Shown in pieces: positions 53,096-64,000 of a stretch of 64,000 nt of DNA (its first letter is position 1; each line of letters starts with the position of its first letter). The stretch comes from Octopus sinensis (taxonomy: Eukaryota). Position numbers and translations under genes: made by a program. The stretch covers positions 52,018,001-52,082,000 of the forward strand of contig NC_043006.1 of NCBI RefSeq assembly GCF_006345805.1. The letters are read 5' to 3'. Below the pieces are notes generated by a model. That model was not told where the DNA came from and did not search any database. It was given only the letters and a program-made list of their open reading frames with translations.

Positions 53096-54109
53096 CCAAC
53101 ATCTATACATTGACCAACTCACCCTAACCACCAACCATCAACCAATAGCAGGCAGTCTCAGCAACAAGTCTAGTTATTTTTCATTCAGGTATGAAATACC
53201 CCAGATATTCAAATTTGTAACTGTAGCATACACCGTCAACGTATCTAGGGAAAATATTAAGCCATTAATTTAATATAGAAATTACATAATTGTGAATTCT
53301 AAAATGAAATATTCATTATCTTTCTCGGCACAGATGCGCCCTCACATGTTCCTGTGCGCGTTCAGTTCGACCTCTCGAACTAAAACAAAGAGTCTTCATT
53401 TAACCAGTGAGGTAGCTGGAAATAGCAACCAAATCTCCATCAAACCACACACCCTACTAGTTTCATTACGGAAAACACAGTTTGAATAATATAATGCTGA
53501 CCATTCTCCTAAAAATAGTGGGGATGGTCATGGCTAAACTGCCTTTGATTATAGCATTGCTGGATCCAGACTGACATACCAGTGCCACCACCGAAACCAA
53601 AACCATTAATTTTACTATTATCCATCAAACTGTTATTATTGCTGCCAACACCGCCATCATCACCACCATCACCACCATCCTCCCAACCACAATCGTTTCC
53701 ACTACCACATCCATCTCCACGCTATCCATCACCAATTGCTTCACCACCACCACCACCACCACCACCGTTACTACAACTATCATCACAAAGTAAGTTAAGT
53801 GGAGGAGGATATATATACATTACTGTAATAACAGACTCTGACCTGTTTTCAGCGTTCTTACATGAAATTCTATTACTGGTGGCAGGTGGGTGGTGGTGGT
53901 GGTGGTGGTGGTTGTTGTTGTTGTTGTTGTTGTACTTGTTTGTGGTGGTGGGGGTAGTGGTCAAATATGAGTGTCGTTGGGGTTAGGGGAAAAGATAACG
54001 TTACACATATGTATGTCTGTGTGTGCCTATGCTTGTGTGTGTGTCTGTGTATGTGTGTGTGTGTGTGCCTGTGTATCTGCGTGTGCATGTGTGTGTATGT
54101 GTGCGTGTT

Positions 54110-54146
<37 letters not shown>

Positions 54147-54316
54147 GTGTGTGTGTGTGTGTGTGAAAGAGAGAGAGAGTGTGTGTGTAATTTTGATCAT
54201 ATTGCCATAGATATCCACAATCAAAGAATAACGCAAATGTTAAAAAGGGAGTAATACACTCACACATATATATATACATACATACATACACTCACATACA
54301 CACTCACATACACACG

Positions 54317-54355
<39 letters not shown>

Positions 54356-54674
54356 TTATAAAGTGCCTGTTGAGGTGCACGACACAAGCATTGAATTGGA
54401 AGTCCATATGTTCCATTACAGTGTGAAAAAAAGCCTGTGAGAAGAATTTGGGTTATTATTGCGAAATTTCATTCTACAGGTCTCAGAGTCTATAATAATG
54501 CTCACGATGTTTATATACAAAAATGCTATAGTCTCCAGTCTTACTTTTTGAACATACGTCTGTGTGTGTGTGCACGCACGCTTGTGTGTATCTGAATGAG
54601 TGTGTGTATGTGTATGTGTGTGTGTGTGTATGAGTATGCGTGTGGGCATGTGTGTATGTATATACATATATATA

Positions 54675-54749
<75 letters not shown>

Positions 54750-54755
54750 ATATAT

Positions 54756-55090
54756 AGGGTGCGGTGGGTAAATTGTCGCCATTTCATATTTTTAATTTCG
54801 CGCATGTGCATTGTTTGTTTATGATTTTGTCGACTACACAGTATAATAGGGTCAGTTGGGCACCGTCTGTGAGAAAAAACAGCACCATGACAGTTTGCCG
54901 TATCCCTAAAACATATACTGAGAGTGATAAAGATCAAACATCCAGTCACCATCATGGTGTTTAAAGTGATCATTAGTGATGGCGACGTTATACCTCCATT
55001 CGTCTTTCCACACGGTCTCAGACTCAACACGGAGGCCTACATCAAGTGCCTGCAGGAGGTAGTGTTGCCCTGGTCAAGACTCTATGTCCA
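54756..55090 (+). mobile_element. Tc1/mariner-superfamily (maT/DD37D-like) deleted transposase fragment
   Basis: KIKHPVTIMVFKVIISDGDVIPPFVFPHGLRLNTEAYIKCLQEVVLPW. Begins after (TA)n with GGGTGCGGTGGGTAAATTG. Confidence 0.75.
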
Positions 55091-55279
55091 ACAACAAGAC
55101 ACGCGCGCACACATGTATGTGTCCTGGTTATGACTTTAAACAGCATCCGGTAGTGGGGCTCTGGTTCGAGTGAACCAAGGTTTTGAAGAGTGATGAATCA
55201 CCCCTCTTAGACACTATTGTTACCGGATCGACTGTGGTTCGGAGTCGTAACACCTGTCAGCGTCTCAGTTATAGGTTAA

Positions 55280-55545
55280 TCAACATGTCAATCACTGGGA
55301 GGTCGACCTTGCCTTTCATCCTTTCGGGGATCGATAAATTAAGTACCAGTTGCGTACTGGGGCTGATCTAATCGACTGACCCTCCTCCTCCCAAAATTTC
55401 GGGTCTTGTGCCTAGAGTAGAAAAGAATATTTTTTAAGGCGGCAAGCTGGCAGAAACGTTAGCACGCCGGGCGAAATGCTCAGTGGTATTTCGTCTGCCC
55501 CTCCTCCAAAATTTCAGGCCTTGTGCCTAGAGTAGAAAAGAATAT
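55280..55545 (+). mobile_element. SINE family A fragments
   Basis: Central domain plus a second deleted copy with a duplicated CTTGTGCCTAGAGTAGAAAAGAATA tail. Confidence 0.75.
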
Positions 55546-55823
55546 GTCAACCACTGGGAGTGAAGAACCCCTTGTCCTCATAACAAGTTGCTTTTAGGAG
55601 AAGGTAAACTCATATAAATAAACCTGTACTGCTGTCGGTTTCTTCGCAATCCCTGTTGTAACACTACTTTTATAGTTAATTTCGCAGCAAAGTGGATTCA
55701 GTATTGTGTAACACTTTACCCTCTCAAAACAAATTCACGCACCAGAAATTCATGAACTCTCGGAACGTTTGCACGGACTTGTTGAGTTTAAGAGAAAGCA
55801 GTCTTACCAGGTCACGAGTTGAC

Positions 55824-55854
<31 letters not shown>

Positions 55855-55929
55855 CATACACACACACACATACACATACATACATACATACATACATACA
55901 TACATACATACATACATACATACATACAA

Positions 55930-55975
<46 letters not shown>

Positions 55976-56014
55976 TATTATTATTATTATTATTATACTA
56001 TTATTATTATTATT

Positions 56015-56969
56015 GAGTGAGAGAGCAGTGCATGCCATCAAAGTGACACTGGGGTAAAATATACGAAGCCCAGTATACCCATCATGACTACCCGTCTGAT
56101 AAGGGTACACCAGGCACATGCATCACAACCAAATATGCGCGACATGGTGATCTCATATCAAGATAAACAGCACATGACCTTGCAGGTGGGGCCCAGTTAG
56201 AATTTTCTTCTGGTCGAGTAGCCCATCCCGCTCAAAAGGTCCCTGAATAAGGATTGTTTAAGGATATCGAACGAACCACCCACGTTTCCAAGGGTGAATT
56301 ATCCATACCTCTAAGAATTCCTTTCAACACACGGCTATGATGCTCCCCAACAACTTCTGCTTGTGATCAGAGATGCACATATCGTCAGCCACTAAGGGAT
56401 GTGCTCAACTGGTTAAGGTCAAGCAACTGACAAGCTATTCTGTTGTATTGGGTCGAATATTTGCTGTAGCCCATCTTTTATACCAAGACAGTGGAGGCGC
56501 AATGGCCCAGTGGTTAGGGCAGCGGACTCGCGGTCATAGGATTGCGGTTTCGATTCCCAGACCGGGCGTTGTGAGTGTTTATTGAGCGAAAACACCTAAA
56601 GCTCCACGAGGCTCCGGCAGGGGATGGTGGTGATCCCTGCTGTACTCTTTCACCACAACTTTCTCTCACTATTACTTCCTGTTTCTGTTGTACCTGAATT
56701 TTCAAAGGGTCGGCCTTGTCACTCTCTGTGTCACGCTGAATATCCCCGAGAACTACGTTAAGGGTACACGTGTCTGTGGAGTGCTCAGCCACTTACACGT
56801 TAATTTCACGAGCAGGCTGTTCCGTTGATTCGGATCGACCGGAACCCTCGTCGTCGTAACCGACGGAGTGCTTCCATCCATACCAAGACAAAACAAGGTA
56901 TATGATGACACTTTCAAGCGGTTAAGATCAGAAGCCACGAGAACCACTGTCTGGTACTGCATCAGGGCA

Positions 56970-56970
<1 letters not shown>
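56015..56970 (-). mobile_element. (AAT)n-tailed retro-repeat interrupted by a SINE
   Basis: Homologous to 7755-8270. Flanked by (TAT)n and (CAT)n. Confidence 0.8.
56491..56879 (+). mobile_element. SINE family C with 11-bp TSD
   Basis: TSD ATACCAAGACA at 56480-56490 and 56880-56890. Confidence 0.95.
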
Positions 56971-57017
<47 letters not shown>

Positions 57018-57018
57018 T

Positions 57019-57050
<32 letters not shown>

Positions 57051-57066
57051 TATTATTATCATTATT

Positions 57067-57676
57067 AAGGCGGCGAATTGACAGAATCGTTAGCATGCTG
57101 GACGAAATGCTTAGCGGCATTTTGTTTTTCTTTACCGCTTGTGTTCAAATTCCAACGAGGTTGATTTTGCCTTTCCTCGTTTCGTGGTTGATAAAATAAG
57201 TACCAGTTGAACAGTGGGGGCTGATGTAATCAACTTAACCCCTCTCTCGAACTTGCTGGTTTTGTACTAAAATCTGAAGTCATTATCATTATTAGGCGCA
57301 GGAGTGGCTGTGTGGTAAGTAGCTTGCTTACCAGCCACATGGTTTCGGGTTCAGTCCCACTCCGTGGCACCTTGGGCAAGTGTCTTCTACTATAGCTTCA
57401 GGCCAACCAAAGCCTTGTGAGTGGATTTGGTAGACGGAAACTGAAAGAAGCCCGTCGTATATATATATGTGTGTGTGTGTGTGTGTTTGTCCTCCCAACA
57501 TCGCTTGACAACCGAAGTTGGTGTGTTTAGGTCCCCGTAACTTAGCGGTCCGGCAAAAGCGACCGATAGAATATGTACTAAGGCTTACAAAGAATAAGTC
57601 CTGGGGTCGATTTGCTCGACTAAAGGCGGTGCTCCAGCATGGCCGCAGGCAAATGACTGAAACAAGTAAAAGAGAG
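57067..57676 (+). mobile_element. SINE family A (57067-57290) followed by SINE family B (57294-57676)
   Basis: Similar to other copies in the window. Confidence 0.88.
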
Positions 57677-59767
57677 TTAAAAGAGAGTTGTTGTTGTTCC
57701 TTAAATGTATGTGCTACTTACAAGTTTCCGCTATATAGATTTCTTTAATGCAATCTCTTGAACAATAACGCAATGTGATTGGTCAAATGTTGTGACTTCC
57801 TAGGCGTAAAAAGAAATACTTAAAGTCCTGTACTGGTGTTGTAAGGGTACAACCTAACAGTGTAATTAAACACTACTATAAAGACGTTATTTCCTGGCGG
57901 AAGGGTTTACACTTGAGTAGTACCAGCTGGATGGGGTAGCTATTATACAGTTCATTATTCTCCTCCCTAGTTATAATTAAATAATTATATAAATGCTTGC
58001 ATGGCTTCACTATTACTGAAAACAAGACGGGATGGTCGCGACTGGAATATCTTTTACTGTAAATTTTCCTGATTAGTATCAACTTATGACTAAGCAACAA
58101 AAGCAACAACAAAATAATCCCATTCATTCACCTCAGTTATAACGCAACTGCACTTGACATTAAAAATACTTGAATGGTACGAAACTTCGGTTTCTTTCTT
58201 ACTTCAATGGGAGTCTTGATTTTATGTAAGAAACAATTAGTTAAGAAAGCTGTCTCGTGTTGTAGAGATAAGTTCAGAGTCAGTTGTGTTCAGATCCGAT
58301 TTTCTCAGTAAAGCCATTGCAGCCCCAACATTGCAGCGAATATGGCTGCTTGAGGAAAGTATTAATATGGCAGAATATTATCATAGTCCGTTCTCTGAAG
58401 TGATGTGTTTTTGCAAGAATTCTTTGCTTCAACAAACTTTGACAATGAAATTATCTGTGACTGTGGTAGAACTGAACTAGATGCATTATGGGAACAAATT
58501 GACTGTATCACATTCAGTTAGGGTCGAGTGGGAATGTGGTTTTCGTTCATTCATGCTCGATAAAACAAAAACTTTTAAGACGATAAATGGCCCTCCTCTA
58601 TCTATCATTGCCTTCCTCTGCCTTTAGGCCATAGCGATGCTTCAGTGCGCATATTAGGAAACTACTAATGATTCAGTAAATAATGACATTATACACACAT
58701 ATATTTTAGAAAACCATTATTGACTAAGAGTGTGATAAGGTACATACACAAACATTACACTAATACTCTTGACTTGAATAATATTGACATGCTAGACACA
58801 TGTATTAAGATACAATCAACGATTAGATAACGATGACATACTATACGTACATAATAAGATAATTCTATTGGTGTTTATGGTACAGTCAGAAGAGAAAAGG
58901 AGACGACTGCGCGACCATTTTTCAGAAGAGCATCCTGACTGATGAAGGATGGAAAGGGAGTATAAATTATGACTATTGAGCTGTCATCAGTCTAGAGACT
59001 TGGTCACAACGGTTGGATTTTGTTAAAGACACCCAGGACTAGTTGTTGATGTTAAACCGTGTGATTAAGTAAATATGTTACCTAAGAGCTTAACGATGTC
59101 CCACCCACCATATTCGCAAGGTATCCCCTCCGACGCTCTAATGTTTTGGCTCAGATTGACATTATATCTGTAGAGCTCGAAAGAATGAAAAGCGAAGGTG
59201 ACCTCGGCGGGATGTGGATTCACAGTGGAGAAAACTGAAATAAATACCACATTACCATAAGGCATTGTATCTGCCGCTCTAATAACTCCTCAGGTTTGTG
59301 AACACTACAGACAGCATGTAATCCCATGCTAAATCTGCAACTTCACCAAAGTTGATTGGTGAGAAAGACAATGTTTGGACACTCTACGGGAAGAACATAA
59401 CTTGTCAAAGGCCACATAAATTCAGAAAATTCAACGATTATTATATGCGTATGTAAATGCACATGGGAGTCGAATAGCCATACTTGAAATCTACAATGTT
59501 TGTAGGCTCTAGTTACCTTACTTTCTTTTTCTTAACGGTTTCAAACATTCAGAGAGTATCACTGTGTCGTGCAAGCGTTTATAAATATAAAATTTAACGT
59601 GAAATTTCTTTTGCGAACCATTTTATTTTTTCCGACCAATAACATTACTCGAATTCTTCGCAGCCAAAAACAGTTATCCGAGTACCACGTGCGTGTCTGC
59701 AAACAATAGAATACCACTGCTTTCGTAGTTTTGTCACTCTTGGGGATACATAGGAGTTACCGAAAAA

Positions 59768-59977
59768 AGGGGTTGCTGAAAAGTTCCTCGCTTTGGATAA
59801 AAGGAAATACAGGAGGATAAGTTGATTATGGTTTTATTCAATATATTCTCCTCTCGGATTCACACATTGCAGCGTTCCATCGGTTTTCTAAGCCCTGTAA
59901 AAGAACTCAGGAGGTTGGGCCTCCAGCCAGACCTTTCGTTATACTCTTAAAGTCAGGAAGTTTTCAGCACCCCCTCG
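59768..59977. mobile_element. Mariner-type MITE
   Basis: TIRs AGGGGTTGCTGAAAAGTTCCT / AGGAAGTTTTCAGCACCCCCT. Confidence 0.7.
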
Positions 59978-61892
59978 TGTAGTACAGACGGATACAGTTG
60001 CAATAATCTGATTGCCTCTGAGATCGTATATCAAATAGACTCAGCGTGACAGCATAGCAACGCTGAACTTTTGACTTACCAGTACAGTGTAACCAACAAA
60101 CGTGTATACAGTTTCCTTCGGCACAAATTCACTCGCAAGACTAAAGTCGACCCGAGATTACGGTCAAAACTCTTTTTGACTAGGTGCCATGCAATGGATT
60201 CGAACCTGAGATCTCATAGTTGTAAAACGAACTTCTTAACCACTCAGTCATGTGTGTATCTGTGTGCTTGTGCCTGCGTGTGCGTGTATGTATATGTGTA
60301 CAAGTACTTTTGAGCGATATGTGTAAGAAACAAAGTAATGGCAGTGGTTAAAATTTCCTAAATAGCAGATGTCTTACAATAAATTTATTGTGTTTATTAT
60401 TTAGCAGACAATCTTTAAGTGTGAAAGAATTACTGGATAATTCCGTCTAGATTGACCGACGAAAGTAATATGTCAGTCGAAATGTTTCCCAGAAATTAAA
60501 TGTCATTGAAGGACAGAGTAGCCAACTTAATAGCCCAATTATTTCTTACTCCGGATAATTTACCAATAAAACGCCTGTCACCAAGGAAAGTTTACATCGT
60601 TGGCGTTTGTCATAGAGATTCGCTGTTTACATGGCAGATTTCAGTTTTGAATTGCGATAAACTGGTAAAATATAAGTGAGGAATTAGTGGAATAGAGTAG
60701 TAGTGGCAGTGGTGGGTAGTGAGGTTTTGGCGGGTAGAGATGGGAGTGGGGTACAAATGAAACCGAAACAAATTTGTTGATTCTCCCAAATCTGAATCCA
60801 AGCTAACGTCAACTTGCAGTTTTAACATTTTCGTATTTACTCTTGTTTTGGTATTGTATTATTGTTGTTGAGTAAATATTTCCAATGCGATAGCTTGTTT
60901 ATATGAACGAGTTAGACAACTCTGGAAAAAGAGAACTAAATGAAGCTGCTCAGCGCGCTAATATTAAACATTATTCACTGAGATCATTTGTTCGGTGACG
61001 CTCGCTACTAAACAAAAACTACACATACTGACTGCATGATTTATATGACTGCGTGAGAATTTGCTATTTCGCCAGAAGACAGATTTCTGTGGCATAAACA
61101 TCTCTTCTGAAATTATAACATGCCTTTTGATTGCGCTATTTATATTATTATATTTTCGGGTCTACTGTAATGCGACCAGTTGACCTTTATTTGAACCATC
61201 AATACTTATATTAAAACAATTGAGTTGCTGTTGTTGTCGTCGTTTATGTTTGTTTCTATATGGGAATTATTGTAGGGTTCATGCTTGTTTGCTGAATTGG
61301 ATATCACTTAATTTCCGCGAGGTTCATTGTATGAAATATGATCCTCATTTTCTTCGTTATGGACACAACTGTAGGTCAACTTCCCAGGCAAGAACACATA
61401 CAAAGTTCATCTGAGTAAAGGGGGTAGCGAGGGGAGAAAGTTTAAGAAACAATAGTCTGTAAGTCCGCGTTTATAGCTTATTATAACTTTACAATAACGT
61501 TTATAGCTTACAATAGCTTTAATTCATCGAGAGTGTAGCTATATCGAGGAAAGGTAAACAATGGTAAATAACGGTTAAAGTCAACTGAACAACAATAAGG
61601 GAGACAACTCGAAATTAAAAACGAGACGAACAAGATTCTCAGCTGATTAGTGTAGTGACCATATAAACTACACATTTAAAATCAATGTTATCTCCTCGAT
61701 CAGTTTACATCCTACATGAAGACGGTGTTCTAACAGCGAAAATACAGTGAAAAGCTACAACACGTGTTATGTACATCCACAGCCTAATTAGTTATAACAT
61801 AAAGTAAGGGGTATAGTGTGTTCGAATTACCATTGTCCACTGTAATCTAGCATATTTACCTTCAAATACCAGGTATCTACCATATTACAGCG

Positions 61893-61952
<60 letters not shown>

Positions 61953-62419
61953 AAACGCGTAACTACCCTTACACATTCAAACGCGTGTATACAGCAATGA
62001 ACAACAAAATACTTTTGCTTCTGCGAAAAGTCATAAAAAAAATGACACAGACATAAAAATGCAACTTCAGAGAGAAATAAACCAGCGCAGAGAGAGATAG
62101 AAAAGGAGAAAGGAGAGGACAAAAAGAAAGGGAGATAACAAAGAGGGGTTGCAAGACAGGAGAGCGAGGAGCGGTAGATGTTGTTTGGGGAGTAAAATAA
62201 TTAGTCATGGTTTCCTTCACAAGAAATCTATAACGAGGTGCAAAAGGAGCTAATTGGTCAAATACATGTTTGTAATTCATGTTTACTTGTCATGTGTGAA
62301 TGATTTTACACCCATTCTTCACTTGCCTAATGTTATTTCTACTTGTATATGAGTTGTTGTGCTTGTTGTTTTTTTCTTGTATGTGCATGCGTGTATATCT
62401 GTGTGTGTGTGTGTGTGTG

Positions 62420-62468
<49 letters not shown>

Positions 62469-62550
62469 ATAATAATACTGTCCACATTCTGTACGTGTGT
62501 ACATCTGTATGCGTGTGCGTGTGCGTGCAATAATAATACTGGCCACAAAC

Positions 62551-62955
62551 AAGGCGGCGAGCTGACTGAAACGTTAGTAAACCTGGCGAAAAGCTTAGCG
62601 GTATTTCGTCTGCCGTTACGTTCTGAGTTCAAATTCCGCCGAGGTCGACTTTGCCTTTCATCCTTTCGGAGTCGATTAAATAAGTACTAGTTACGCACTG
62701 GGGTCGATATTATCGACATAATCCGTGTGTCTGTCCTTGTTTGTCCTCTCTGTGTTTAGCCCCTTGTGGGTAGTAAAGAAATTGGTATTTCGTCTACCGT
62801 TAAATTCTGAGTTCAAATTCTGCCGAGATTGACTTTGCCTTTCATCCTTTTGGGGTCTATAAATTAAGTACCAGTTACGAACTGGAGTCGATGTAATCGA
62901 CTTAATCCCTTTGTCTGTCCTTGTTTGTCCTGTCTGTGTTTAGCCCCTTGTGGGC
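62551..62955 (+). mobile_element. SINE family A head-to-tail dimer; another diverged copy at 63165-63375
   Basis: The full unit ends TAAAGAAATT and re-enters at GGTATTTCGTCT near 62783. Confidence 0.9.
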
Positions 62956-63153
62956 ACCTTTTTGATGTAAATAATTTTTGGTCTTAACATGGTCCGATTT
63001 GATTTTTTCCTTCAACGGAATGAAGAGCAAGCTTTCTATCATACTCTCAATTTTGGTCAACTTGCGCCGCAGGGTCTCGGAGGAGATAGTGTTAGTTGAA
63101 GGCTACCAAACCTGCCACTCACACACAGACAACTTCAGCTTTATATATATAGA
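62956..63153 (-). mobile_element. 5' fragment of another Helitron-like family
   Basis: Minus strand starts A|TCTATATATATAAAGCTGAAGTTGTCTGTGTG, like the 18480 element. Confidence 0.55.
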
Positions 63154-64000
63154 TATAAACATAAGGCGGCGAGGTGGTAAAATCGTTACCACCCAGACAA
63201 AATGCTTAGAAATATTTATTTCTTCCGACTTTGCATTCTGAATTGAAACTCCCCCGAGGTTGACTTTGACTTTCATCATTTCGGGGCTGATAAAATCAGC
63301 ACCAGTCAAACACTGGGATCGATGTACTCGACTACCCACATCCTCAAATTTCAGGCCTTGTGCCTATATTAGAATGTATATTATATATAAATATAGCCCA
63401 CTGTATAATATATACACTTCAGTCTCAATATTCTTCTATCACAAATAGAAATATCATACGTACTCCTGTCCCTCTGTATTCGTCTACTGTATGTAAAATA
63501 ATTCATTTGAAGGTGAAGCCTATTCGGTCCAAGATCAAAGACATTGTCTCCATAACCAATTTTACCAGAGAAATTCGCAAATAAAAAAAGAACAAGTGAA
63601 AGTGGATAGAATAAACAAAATAATACTAATAATAAACGGCACCCTTCTTAGCGTTCATAGATTTTGTCTAAATTCTCTCATCACTTGGTAGAATCCTACA
63701 AGTTAGCTCCCTCATTATGTATATATCTTTTTTGACTAGCTCAAAGCGATTTTACCATCTTTTATTATCAATTGTCCTTGAATAGTAACATTGAAGGACT
63801 TCTATTACAATACTAGAACATTTCATATGCTGCAAGGTGTTTTAGGCGCATTATAGCTATTTTGTAAGAATGAGAGAGAAAGGGAAGAGACTGATTGATA
63901 TTGGATACTTTGGTGCATTCTTGAGGCAGAATATAAAAGATGATAAGATATGTAATAAGATACATGCTGTAAGGAATGGTAATACCAGTAGTTGATTCGT

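Noticed and set aside
53582-53986. Proline-rich 134-aa ORF
   Set aside because: Degenerate CCA/TGG/TTG triplet repeats.
59083-59170. Minus-strand exon-like segment considered as the first PDZ exon
   Set aside because: No WGF/GLGF loop, wrong phase, and the acceptor lies in a decayed SINE.

Overview
AT-rich, microsatellite-saturated animal genomic DNA. The SINE families and repeat landscape look like Octopus (inference, not a database result). Almost all ORFs in the supplied track are microsatellite or repeat artefacts. The one well-supported host gene is missed by the ORF track: a minus-strand ALP/Enigma (PDLIM/Zasp-like) gene. It shows a 152-bp exon for the second half of a PDZ domain (49033-49184) spliced in phase across a ~15 kb intron to a 152-bp exon with the QSRSFRILQ motif (33707-33858). 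I did not find its first PDZ exon in the window, and its 3' exons are only candidates. The rest is layered mobile DNA: three tRNA-type SINE families; mariner, maT-like, hAT and foldback DNA-transposon derivatives; Helitrons; and CR1, RTE, HERO-like and R4/Dong-like LINE remnants, the last sitting in (AAT)n and (TACA)n microsatellites. There are also Penelope-like inverted repeats with degenerate hammerhead-ribozyme motifs. I found no clearly new biological system. The best leads are a possible internal bidirectional promoter with a PDZ-less isoform, a possible nested plus-strand gene, fixed-junction SINE multimers, TACA-targeting R4-like LINEs and the hammerhead motifs.
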